In this document: positions 55,797 to 64,000 of the stretch, piece by piece
Layout of the letters: each line of letters opens with the position of its first letter
How positions within the stretch are numbered: position 1 is the stretch's first letter
NCBI GenBank assembly: GCA_045863855.1
Contig: BTVV01000003.1
Location: forward strand, 69,523-133,522
Length of the DNA stretch: 64,000 bases
Direction: 5' to 3'
DNA from: Planctomycetota bacterium
GTDB taxonomy: Bacteria > Planctomycetota > SZUA-567 > H5-PLA8
Notes under the pieces: model-generated
What the model saw: only the letters and a program-made list of their open reading frames with translations
What the model was told of the DNA's origin: nothing
Databases searched by the model: none
Position numbers and translations under genes: made by a program

Positions 55797-55973
55797 CGCT
55801 CCGGTCCAGAATCTCGTAGACTCGCCTTAGGATGACGTACTCAAGGAAAGCTGCCCAAGCCCACTACGGATCTTGTCGAATTGCTGCCCTTGAAACTCTT
55901 CGGGTAGAACTCGACCGATGCGATCGGTAAGTATGACGGGTAAGCGTGTATCTGCGGCACCGGATTGGGATAG

Positions 55974-57398
55974 TTAGTCCGCCGCGGCGGCGTGCGTGCG
56001 CCGCTCGCGCAGATACGCCACGCAGCGCTCGAGTCCCACGCCGTTGCTTCCCTTGATCAACACCACATCGCCGGGTTGCAGCAGCGGTTCCAGCGCGGCG
56101 GCGGCTTCTTCGGGCTTTCGGCAGGCGGTCCAGCGATCCGACGCGAGCCCCGCTCGTACGGCCTGTTCGCCCGCGAGGCTGGCCAGCGGTCCGACGGTGA
56201 AGAGTGCCGCGGGCGCGAGCGCCGCCAGTTGTCCGCCCAGCGCTTCGTGATGCGCCGTGGCGGTGGCGCCCAGTTCGAGCATGTCGCCGGCGACGATCAG
56301 GAGACGCCCGCGGCCGCCGGTAGCGTGGCGCACGGTCTCGAGCGCGGCCTGGAAGCTCAAGGGGCTCGCGTTGTAGGCGTCGTCGATCAACGTGATTCCG
56401 TCGAAGATTTCTGTTTGGAAGCGCCGCGCGGTTCCGCCGAAGGCGGCCAGTCCGGCCGCGATCTGTTCGGGCGCAATTCCGATGGCGTGGGCGGCCGCCG
56501 CCGCGGCCAACGCATTGCGAATGTTGTGGCTGCCGGGAGCAGGTAGATGAACCTCCGTGCGCCCGCGGCCGATGCGTAGCGTAAAGCGGCTGGCGGACGA
56601 TTCGAGGCTCACGTCTTCGGCGCGCACGCCGGCCCGGGCGTCGATGCCGAAGCTGATCACGCGCCCGTATGCGCGGCTGCGCCAGAGTTCGAAGTACGGA
56701 TCGTCGGCGTTCAAGACCGCGAAATCTTCCGCGCCCTGGAAGGCCAGGATATCGCCCTTCTCGCGTGCGACGTTGGTGACGTTCTCGAATGCTTCGAGAT
56801 GCGAGGGGCCGGCATTGTTCAGGATCGCCACATGCGGGCGCGCGACGCCGGCCAAGCGCAGGATTTCGCCCGGATGATTGGTGCCCAGTTCCAGCACCAC
56901 CGCCTGCGCGCCCAGCGGCGCGGAGCAGATTGTCGCGGGCACGCCGACATCGTTATTGAAGCTCTTGAGCGCGCGGTGCACGCGCAGGTTCGCGCCGGCG
57001 CCAAGAATCTGGGCAAGCATCTCTTTGACCGAGGTTTTGCCGGCTGAGCCCGTAACGGCGAACCAGGCTTTCGTGGGATGGTTTAAACGCGCCCAAGAGC
57101 CCAGCCGCAGGTAGGCCTCGCGCGTATCGGGAACCCGGATCGCGCCTTGCTCGGGCCGGCGTTCGAGCAGCCAGGCCGGATCGACGCGCTCCACCAGGAC
57201 AGCCGCCGCGCCGTTGCCGAGCGCCTGGGAGACGAAGGCATGCCCGTCGAAGCGTTCGCCGCGCAGCGCGATGAACAGTGTGCCGGCCAACTCCGCCCGC
57301 GTATCGGTCGCGACCGAACCGACCCAGCGCCGAGCGGGTCCGCTGACGAGCTGCCCGCCGACGACCGCGGCCAGTTGTTCGAGGTTCAGTTCCAGCAT
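55974..57398 (-). CDS. murF: UDP-N-acetylmuramoyl-tripeptide--D-Ala-D-Ala ligase
   Basis: TDTR, GERFDGH, TGSAGKTSVKE, SFNNDVGVP, ELGTNHPGEI, DAYNASP, GDMLELG, KGS. Confidence 0.95.
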   Translation of the reverse strand: MLELNLEQLAAVVGGQLVSGPARRWVGSVATDTRAELAGTLFIALRGERFDGHAFVSQALGNGAAAVLVERVDPAWLLERRPEQGAIRVPDTREAYLRLGSWARLNHPTKAWFAVTGSAGKTSVKEMLAQILGAGANLRVHRALKSFNNDVGVPATICSAPLGAQAVVLELGTNHPGEILRLAGVARPHVAILNNAGPSHLEAFENVTNVAREKGDILAFQGAEDFAVLNADDPYFELWRSRAYGRVISFGIDARAGVRAEDVSLESSASRFTLRIGRGRTEVHLPAPGSHNIRNALAAAAAAHAIGIAPEQIAAGLAAFGGTARRFQTEIFDGITLIDDAYNASPLSFQAALETVRHATGGRGRLLIVAGDMLELGATATAHHEALGGQLAALAPAALFTVGPLASLAGEQAVRAGLASDRWTACRKPEEAAAALEPLLQPGDVVLIKGSNGVGLERCVAYLRERRTHAAAAD

Positions 57399-57657
57399 GG
57401 TGCAAGCCTCCCGCAATCCGGCGAATCCCTATAAGGAGGCATCGTCCGGCCTGGGGCTGGGGTTGCGCGAAAAGTGGCCCGCCTGCGGGGATGTGGAGCT
57501 CAAAAGGCGGTAGGAAATTCAGCTCCGGAGCGTTAGCTTCGGCATTGCGAGCTATCGGCACGAGGACGAAACCGGTTGAAGCGCCGAAGGCAGGCGCTTG
57601 GTGCAAAGCGCTCCGGGATCCCTCGCCGGCCCAGACCCCTTACTGGAGGAGCTTTCC

Positions 57658-58626
57658 ATGGGACGCATTTACGAAGACAACAGTTTGAGCATTGGGCATA
57701 CGCCGCTGGTGAAGATCAACAAGATCACCAAGGGCATGGACTGCACGATCCTGGCCAAGATCGAAGGCCGCAATCCGGCCTATTCGGTGAAGTGCCGCAT
57801 CGGCGCGGCGATGATCTGGGACGCCGAGAAGCGCGGCATCCTGAAGCCGGGCGATAGCAGCACCACGGTGGTCGAACCCACCAGCGGCAATACGGGCATC
57901 GCGCTGGCCTACGTCTGCGCGGCGCGCGGATACCCCCTGATCCTCACGATGCCCGAAACGATGTCGCTCGAACGCCGCCGCATGCTCCGCGCGTTCGGCG
58001 CCGAACTGATCCTCACCGAAGGCGCCAAAGGCATGCCCGGCGCGATCGCGAAGGCCGAAGAAATCATGAACAGCGATCCGAAGAAGTATTGGATCCCGCA
58101 GCAGTTCAAGAACCCGGCAAACCCCGAGATTCATTTCAAGACCACCGGCCCGGAAATCTGGGACGACACCGACGGCAAGGTGGATATCTTTGTCTCGGGT
58201 GTCGGAACCGGCGGAACCATCACAGGCGTGACGCGTTACCTGAAGAACGAGAAGGGCAAAGCGATCCGTTCGGTGGCCGTCGAACCCGTGCATTCGCCGA
58301 TCCTGACCCAGATTCGATCCGGTGAAGCACCCAAGCCCGGGCCGCACAAGATCCAGGGGATCGGTGCGGGCTTCAAGCCCGATGTCCTGGACATGAACCT
58401 GGTCGATGAAATCGTGACGGTCACGAACGACGAATCGATCGATATGGCTCGACGCCTGCATAAGGAAGAAGGGATCACCTGCGGGATTTCCTGCGGCGCG
58501 GCGTTGGCGGCGGCGATTAAGGTTGGCCAGCAGCCGCAGTCGAAGGGCAAGCTGATCGTGACGATCCTGCCCGACGCGGGCGATCGGTACCATTCGTCGG
58601 TGCTCTTCCAAGACATTCCGGCCTAA
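57658..58626 (+). CDS. cysK: Cysteine synthase A
   Basis: [39 protein letters not shown]. Confidence 0.96.
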   Translation: MGRIYEDNSLSIGHTPLVKINKITKGMDCTILAKIEGRNPAYSVKCRIGAAMIWDAEKRGILKPGDSSTTVVEPTSGNTGIALAYVCAARGYPLILTMPETMSLERRRMLRAFGAELILTEGAKGMPGAIAKAEEIMNSDPKKYWIPQQFKNPANPEIHFKTTGPEIWDDTDGKVDIFVSGVGTGGTITGVTRYLKNEKGKAIRSVAVEPVHSPILTQIRSGEAPKPGPHKIQGIGAGFKPDVLDMNLVDEIVTVTNDESIDMARRLHKEEGITCGISCGAALAAAIKVGQQPQSKGKLIVTILPDAGDRYHSSVLFQDIPA

Positions 58627-58632
58627 GTTTTT

Positions 58633-58673
58633 GGAGCGGCCGGGGCGGGCTAAACACCCGCCTTGGCCGCTCC
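58633..58673 (+). terminator. Stem-loop after cysK
   Basis: GGAGCGGCCGGGGCGGG pairs with CCCGCCTTGGCCGCTCC. Confidence 0.55.
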
Positions 58674-58733
58674 TCTCCAAATTCCAAAAAAAACCGAGAA
58701 ACCACTTGCGCTTTGTCGCTGATGGGATATTAG

Positions 58734-58754
58734 TATACTAAGTCTGTAGGGATA
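58734..58754. promoter_or_regulatory. Putative Rrf2 operator (autoregulatory site)
   Basis: TATAC-TAAGTCT-GTAGGGATA just before the Rrf2 RBS; similar to the palindrome at 59238. Confidence 0.5.
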
Positions 58755-58765
58755 AGGAGTTTTAC

Positions 58766-59224
58766 TTGGTCACCAAGAAAGCCAAGTATGCCCTTAAGGC
58801 GCTGTTGTACTTGGCGCGCCGGGCGGGATCGGAACCCGTGCTGATTGGGGATTTGGCGGAGGCCGAGCGGATCCCCAAGAAGTTTCTTGAAGCCATCCTG
58901 TTGGATCTCAAGAATCACGGGATCCTGCACAGCAAGAAGGGTAAGGGTGGTGGTTACGGGCTGAATAAGAACTCGGATCTTATAACGGTGGGAGAGGTTA
59001 TGAGAATCATGGACGGCACGATGGCGCCGGTTTCTTGCGTCAGTCAAAGCGCCTACCAGCGCTGCGAAGAGTGTCTGGACGAGGCGAGTTGTGCGATTCG
59101 AATGGTGATGAAAGAAGTGCGAGACGCGACGACGAAAATCGTTGACGGAACGACGATCAAAGACATGCTGGATCGGGCGGATGCGGCAGTGCGCGGGAAC
59201 AAAGGTTCGATGTACTACATCTGA
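58766..59224 (+). CDS. Rrf2 family transcriptional regulator (sulfur/cysteine regulon type)
   Basis: KYALKAL, IPKKFLEAILLDLK, SKKGKGGGY, and three Cys (SCVS...RCEEC...C). Confidence 0.92.
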   Translation: MVTKKAKYALKALLYLARRAGSEPVLIGDLAEAERIPKKFLEAILLDLKNHGILHSKKGKGGGYGLNKNSDLITVGEVMRIMDGTMAPVSCVSQSAYQRCEECLDEASCAIRMVMKEVRDATTKIVDGTTIKDMLDRADAAVRGNKGSMYYI

Positions 59225-59237
59225 CTTCTTTTTTGCT

Positions 59238-59268
59238 CTATTACTCTATTAAATATATAGAGTAATAG
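59238..59268. promoter_or_regulatory. Perfect AT-rich palindrome, putative Rrf2 operator
   Basis: CTATTACTCTAT-N7-ATAGAGTAATAG (12 bp perfect inverted repeat). Confidence 0.7.
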
Positions 59269-59279
59269 TGGAGTGTGAG

Positions 59280-59465
59280 ATGGCGGATCTCAAGACACCG
59301 GACCCCTCACTGGACAGCGTGCTGACTCAGGTGGAGCGGGCGCTGCGGGACCTGCGTTTCGGCTCGGTGGAACTGATCGTCCACGACGGTCGTGTGGTCC
59401 AGATCGAGCGGAAAGAGAAAGTTCGGTTAGGCGAGCGCGGTGAAGATTTGCGGCGGCCTGGCTGA
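59280..59465 (+). CDS. DUF2292 / YezD (OscA-like) small sulfur-starvation protein
   Basis: LRFGSVELIVHDGRVVQIERKEKVR signature; sits upstream of sulfate uptake genes. Confidence 0.85.
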   Translation: MADLKTPDPSLDSVLTQVERALRDLRFGSVELIVHDGRVVQIERKEKVRLGERGEDLRRPG

Positions 59466-59568
59466 TGGGCGCCCACCGGGTCATCCGGAGGCCGGTACAC
59501 GGCGAACCACGCGCTTGAGCGACCGCAGCAGCGGGCCCAATGGCGCAACAAATAAAGGATGTGATGCC

Positions 59569-59976
59569 ATGGCGAGACTTTATTCGGATCGATGGGCGGA
59601 CGAGGCTCCGGTGGTGCTCTTGGTCGGAAGATCTGACGAAAGCGCGGCGACGGCCGCGGCGCTCGAATACGAGGGTTCGCGCGTGCTGTACGCCCGAGAC
59701 AGCCGTGAAGCACTGGACCTGATCGAAGACATGGCCTTCCTGGAGTTGCCACTGCACGGATTGCTGGGTTCGGTGGAGCTTCCGGATGCCGACGGCTTGC
59801 GGGTGGTGCGCGCGTTTCGATCGCGCTTCCCGGATGCTCCGGCGGCCTTGTGGTCCGGCCGTCCCGACTTGGCGCTGACGCTTTGGGCGCGCAGCCGCGG
59901 CGTGACCCTCTTCGAGGCGCCACCTGAGGCGGAGGTCTTGCAGCGCTGGCTGAATTCTCCGGCTCGAGCGGCCTAG
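59569..59976 (+). CDS. Degenerate receiver-domain-like protein
   Basis: VLLVG...ARDSREALDL...VELPDADGLRVV...FPDAPAALWSG follows the CheY fold, but the acidic pocket, phospho-Asp and Lys are missing. Confidence 0.55.
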   Translation: MARLYSDRWADEAPVVLLVGRSDESAATAAALEYEGSRVLYARDSREALDLIEDMAFLELPLHGLLGSVELPDADGLRVVRAFRSRFPDAPAALWSGRPDLALTLWARSRGVTLFEAPPEAEVLQRWLNSPARAA

Positions 59977-60089
59977 AAGCGGAAACGAGTTTCGGACTAC
60001 CGGTCTTCCGGGGTCCATTTTTCAACGAGGGTCATGCAGGGCAGCCCACCAGTCCGCTGGAGGTTCCCGATGCGCAGGAGGGGACGTCC

Positions 60090-61664
60090 ATGGGTCGTAA
60101 ACAGGTGGCGGCGTATTGGTGGGCCGCCGTGTGGTTGGGGCAGATTTTCCCGGCATACGCGCAGGACGATCTGCGCAACGAGGTACAGGCCTTGAAGCAA
60201 CAACTCCAGGAACTGGGCACACTCCGGAAGGAAGTGGAGGCGCTGCGGATCGAGAAAGCAGCCGCGCGGCCCACGGCCGCGTCGGTCGCCGAGAAGGCGA
60301 TCGATAAGAAGTACGGGCCGGATGGGCCCGTGACGACCAAGACCGGCAAGCTCACGCTCGGCGGCCTGGTGCAGATCTGGTACTACGGGATCCAGAACGA
60401 CAACCTGAGTTTTTTCGGGGATCTCACTCCGAACGCACCGCTGGGTGGAGACACGAACGAGACGCGCGACAACGATTCGTTCCGCGTACGCCGCACGCAG
60501 CTCAAGTTTACCTTGGACGTGAACGATTACGTGCGCGGCTACGTGATGCTGGATACTTCGCGCGACGCGCAGTCGTTTCCTTCGCTGAACTCAAACTTGG
60601 GCACCGCTTTGCGCGGGCGAACGAACGAGACGGGCAGTGCCGTCACGCGCGTACGCACGGGCGAAAATGGAGCGGGGCGCTTCTTTCAGGACGGCTGGGT
60701 GAGCTTCCGCAAGTTCCTGCCTAACCATGAAATACAGATTGGGCAATACAAACCCTACTTGGGTGAAGAAGGCATTCGTTCTGCGACCACGCTCGATTTC
60801 GCCGAGCGTTCGCTGATTGGACAAACCTACGCCAAGCGAGACATCGGCGCGACGCTATTGGGCACTTGGTGGGACAGCCGTCTGCAGTATCAGATCGGCG
60901 TGTTCAACTCCCCGGGTAACCATCATGGATCCTCCGGCGATTACCAGAATCGCGGCGACGACAACGACGAGAAGGATGTCGCGCTGCGCTTGCTGCTGCG
61001 TCCGCTTTGGAAGCACCGCTCGTTCGGCTCGCTGGAACTGGGATTCAGCTCTCAATTCGGCGTGCACGGCGAGTCGGGCAATCCGGCGCCCGACGGCGCG
61101 GACGCGGGAGCCGATCCGGATAATCCTGTGGACGGCCTGAACCTGCGCGAGACCTGGGCGTCTCGGCATTACGCGTGGGCGAGTTACGCGCCGGGCGGTC
61201 CCGTACGTGGCTGGTGGCTGCGCGGTGAATGGGGCTATCTGAATGACCGTAATGCGCCGGCCAGCGTGCGCGGCTTCCCGCAAACCTCCGGCGCCAACGT
61301 GCAGGACGCGCCCAACCCGTTCTCGGTGCAGGGCTGGTACTTCGCGACGGGCTACAAGATCGGCGAGAGCGTCTTCGCCGGCAGCGTACCGAAGGCGTTC
61401 CGCAACTTCGAGTTCGCCTATCGCTACGAGTCCTTTCAGAACGTCACCGTCGGCGACCTCGTGGATCCGAAAACGCAGACGGACGTCTTCGCGACCACCA
61501 TCCACACCGCGGGCATCAATTACTACATTGCGGGGCACAACGCGAAGATCCAGTTCAACTACAACTGGGTCAACGAGCCCGACGAGGACGACCGCGACAG
61601 CGTGCGCGGTTTCCGTGAAGTACGCAACGACAACTTCGTGCTGAATTTCCAGGTCGCTTGGTAG
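60090..61664 (+). CDS. Outer membrane porin (OprO/OprP-like anion-selective), probably sulfate-related
   Basis: Signal peptide, coiled coil, FRVRR, GQYK, LDFAERS, GINYY, and C-terminal FQVAW. Confidence 0.8.
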   Translation: MGRKQVAAYWWAAVWLGQIFPAYAQDDLRNEVQALKQQLQELGTLRKEVEALRIEKAAARPTAASVAEKAIDKKYGPDGPVTTKTGKLTLGGLVQIWYYGIQNDNLSFFGDLTPNAPLGGDTNETRDNDSFRVRRTQLKFTLDVNDYVRGYVMLDTSRDAQSFPSLNSNLGTALRGRTNETGSAVTRVRTGENGAGRFFQDGWVSFRKFLPNHEIQIGQYKPYLGEEGIRSATTLDFAERSLIGQTYAKRDIGATLLGTWWDSRLQYQIGVFNSPGNHHGSSGDYQNRGDDNDEKDVALRLLLRPLWKHRSFGSLELGFSSQFGVHGESGNPAPDGADAGADPDNPVDGLNLRETWASRHYAWASYAPGGPVRGWWLRGEWGYLNDRNAPASVRGFPQTSGANVQDAPNPFSVQGWYFATGYKIGESVFAGSVPKAFRNFEFAYRYESFQNVTVGDLVDPKTQTDVFATTIHTAGINYYIAGHNAKIQFNYNWVNEPDEDDRDSVRGFREVRNDNFVLNFQVAW

Positions 61665-61710
61665 CGTCCTGGCGAATGCTTGCATTGGGAAACGGGAAAG
61701 GAACAAAAGC

Positions 61711-62727
61711 ATGTGGCGCAAGACGGTAGCGACGGCGGGAATGGCGATTCTTCTGGGACTGGCCTCTGCCGCCTCTTCGTGGGCTGAGGACAAGGAGTTG
61801 CTGAATGTCAGTTACGATCCGACGCGCGAATTGTATGTCGAGTTCAACGCGGCCTTTGCGAAGCACTGGAAGGCCAAGACGGGCGAAAACGTGACGGTGA
61901 AGCAGTCGCACGGCGGTTCGGGCAAGCAGGCACGGTCGGTGATCGACGGGCTGGAAGCCGACGTGGTCACGCTGGCTCTGGCCGGCGATATTGACGCGAT
62001 CGCCGAGAAGAGCGACGTGCTGCCGAAGGACTGGTTGAAGAAACTGCCGAACAACAGCGCGCCGTACACCTCGACGATCAACTTCCTGGTGCGCAAGGGC
62101 AATCCGAAAGGCATCAAGGACTGGGACGATCTGGCCAAACCCGGCGTCTCGGTGATCACGCCCAACCCGAAGACCAGCGGCGGCGCGCAATGGAACTACC
62201 TCGCGGCCTGGGCCTACGCGCTCAAGAAGTGGGGCAACAGCGAGGATAAGGCGCGCGAATTCGTCGCGGCCATCTACAAGAACGTGGAGGTGCTGGACAG
62301 CGGCGCGCGCGGTTCGACGACGACCTTCACCGAGCGCGGCATCGGGGACGTGTTCATCAGTTGGGAGAACGAGTCGTTCCTGGCCGTGAAGCAACTGGGC
62401 GCCGACAAGTTCGAAATCATCTATCCGTCGTTGAGCATCCTGGCGGAGCCCTCGGTCGCGCTGGTGGACCGCAACGCGCAGAAGAAGGGTAACCTCGAGG
62501 TCGCCAAGGCCTACCTCGAATACCTCTATACTCCGGAAGGCCAAGAGATCGCGGCGAAGAACTTCTATCGCCCGCGCGATTCGCAGGTCGCTGAAAAGTA
62601 TAAGGCGCAATTCCCGACGCTCGAACTGATCGATATCGACAAGACGTTCGGCGGCTGGGCTAAGGCGAAAAAGATTCACTTCGCCAGCGGCGGGATCTTC
62701 GACCAGATTTACCAGCCGTCGAAGTAG
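61711..62727 (+). CDS. sbp: Sulfate ABC transporter substrate-binding protein
   Basis: [42 protein letters not shown]. Confidence 0.96.
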   Translation: MWRKTVATAGMAILLGLASAASSWAEDKELLNVSYDPTRELYVEFNAAFAKHWKAKTGENVTVKQSHGGSGKQARSVIDGLEADVVTLALAGDIDAIAEKSDVLPKDWLKKLPNNSAPYTSTINFLVRKGNPKGIKDWDDLAKPGVSVITPNPKTSGGAQWNYLAAWAYALKKWGNSEDKAREFVAAIYKNVEVLDSGARGSTTTFTERGIGDVFISWENESFLAVKQLGADKFEIIYPSLSILAEPSVALVDRNAQKKGNLEVAKAYLEYLYTPEGQEIAAKNFYRPRDSQVAEKYKAQFPTLELIDIDKTFGGWAKAKKIHFASGGIFDQIYQPSK

Positions 62728-62972
62728 AGGGATTCGGTCGGCGCGAACCGGGGTCCTCCTCCAGCCAGATAAGCCTTCGTTCTCGCTGCACTCCCGGGCT
62801 GGGCCCTCGATAGTCCTGCCTTTGTTGACCGCGTGACTGCGGGAGCACGCGACCGAGTCGCCTGACGAGGCAGCGGGAGAACGAGATGTCGATGGTGCGC
62901 ACAGCCGGGTGGCCTGGTGACGGGCCACCTGGACATTCAACCTCCGACGCGAAAACGCGAGGAATCGAGCCG

Positions 62973-63902
62973 ATGCCATGGCTTTTGAAACGTCGTTCGG
63001 TGATCCCTGGATTCGGACTGACCTTGGGCTTCACCCTTTTCTATCTGTGCTTGATCGTCCTGATTCCCCTGACGGGGCTGTTTGTCAAGAGTTGGTCGTT
63101 AAGTTGGGCGGACCTTTGGGGCACGATCTCCTCGCCACGGGTCGTCGCGTCATACAAGCTCACGTTCCTGGCTTCGCTGGCCGGCGCGACGATCAACCTC
63201 GTTTTCGGCTTGCTCGTCGCGTGGGTGCTGGTGCGTTACCGCTTTCCGGGCAAAAGCCTCGTGGATGCGCTGGTGGACCTGCCCTTCGCGCTGCCCACGG
63301 CCGTGGCCGGCATCGCGCTTACCACGATCTATGCGAAGAACGGCTGGGTCGGTTCGATATTCGCGCACGACGGCGCGATCGGAGCATGGATTCCGGCGAC
63401 CGGCTGGCTGGCCGAAAACCTATATACGCCGGAAAAAGCGTACCAGTCGATCGACGATCCGGGAGGCGGACTTAAGATTGCCTATTCCGCGCTGGGCATC
63501 GCGATGGCGCTGACTTTCATCGGCATACCATTCGTCGTGCGCACGGTCCAGCCGGTGCTCGAGGATCTCGACCGGGAGACCGAGGACGCCGCTTACAGCT
63601 TGGGCGCCACGCGTTTTCAAGTCTTCCGGAAAGTGATGCTGCCGATTCTGTGGCCCGCGCTGTTGACCGGCTTCGCGCTTTCCTTCGCGCGGGCGTTAGG
63701 CGAATACGGTTCGGTGGTATTTATCGCCGGGAACATGCCAATGAAAACCGAGATTGCGCCGCTGCTGATCATCACGCGGCTGGAAGAGTACGATTACGCC
63801 GGTGCCACCGCGATCGGGGCGGTGATGCTTGTGGTTTCATTCGTCTTGCTGCTGATCATCAACATCCTGCAATGGTGGAGCCGCCGCTGGCAGGCTACTT
63901 AA
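62973..63902 (+). CDS. cysT: Sulfate ABC transporter permease CysT
   Basis: VIPGFGL, DLPFALPTAVAG, PFVVRTVQPV, ARALGEYGSV. Confidence 0.95.
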   Translation: MPWLLKRRSVIPGFGLTLGFTLFYLCLIVLIPLTGLFVKSWSLSWADLWGTISSPRVVASYKLTFLASLAGATINLVFGLLVAWVLVRYRFPGKSLVDALVDLPFALPTAVAGIALTTIYAKNGWVGSIFAHDGAIGAWIPATGWLAENLYTPEKAYQSIDDPGGGLKIAYSALGIAMALTFIGIPFVVRTVQPVLEDLDRETEDAAYSLGATRFQVFRKVMLPILWPALLTGFALSFARALGEYGSVVFIAGNMPMKTEIAPLLIITRLEEYDYAGATAIGAVMLVVSFVLLLIINILQWWSRRWQAT

Positions 63903-63912
63903 GGAGTCGTAC

Positions 63913-64000
63913 ATGGCAGGTATCGTAGCCGCTGGCTTGGCCGGACGGCGGGGCGGACATACCAGTCCCCACGAGTCGGCTGTGGTTAAATGGATGCTGA
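63913..64000 (+). CDS. cysW: Probable sulfate ABC permease CysW, N-terminus only
   Basis: AAGGAG RBS, ATG at 63913, MAGIVAAGLAGRRGGHTSPHESAVVKWML; identity inferred mainly from position after cysT. Confidence 0.6.
   Translation, partial: MAGIVAAGLAGRRGGHTSPHESAVVKWML

Noticed and set aside
55797..55973. Lower-GC spacer at the inversion boundary as an IS remnant
   Set aside because: No terminal inverted repeats, no transposase fragment and no matching sequence at the other breakpoint were seen.
57540..57620. Calling the cysK leader a SAM-I riboswitch
   Set aside because: The conserved AUC...GAU P1 and GCAACC core are not identifiable; kept only as an unclassified structured leader.

Overview
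A 64 kb window of GC-rich bacterial chromosome (roughly 65% GC by eye), mostly housekeeping genes. A DUF1559/H-X9-DG protein and two large Hanks-type kinases suggest the PVC superphylum, probably Planctomycetota; that placement is an inference. Contents in order: partial GH172/DUF2961 gene, M15 peptidase, arsR-arsM, coaX-mnmE-pyrR-pyrB-pyrC, sulfatase, dinB, cysC, lolCE-lolD, ilvE, an FHA-GAF-HD-GYP protein, htrA, a bacillithiol cluster (bshC, bshB1, bshA), a rearranged division/cell-wall (dcw) cluster, and a sulfur-starvation locus (cysK, Rrf2 regulator, DUF2292/YezD, porin, sbp, cysT, cysW). The most striking item is ftsQ-ftsA-ftsZ at 35.7-39.0 kb. The ftsZ-like gene is hidden inside a long spurious ORF call. 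It keeps the FtsZ fold pattern but has lost the GGGTGTG tubulin signature, the T7 catalytic loop and the C-terminal peptide, and the neighbouring FtsA has eroded ATP motifs. This looks like an intact but GTPase-dead divisome remnant in a lineage generally described as lacking FtsZ. Other highlights are an APS kinase fused to an FtsK-gamma-like winged helix, repeated covarying CCRG-loop-CYGGAGG hairpins and paired Rrf2-type operators in the sulfur locus, and a low-GC TPR plus double aspartic-protease gene. No rRNA, tRNA, CRISPR array or transposase was recognised. All family calls come from motif recognition, not database searches.
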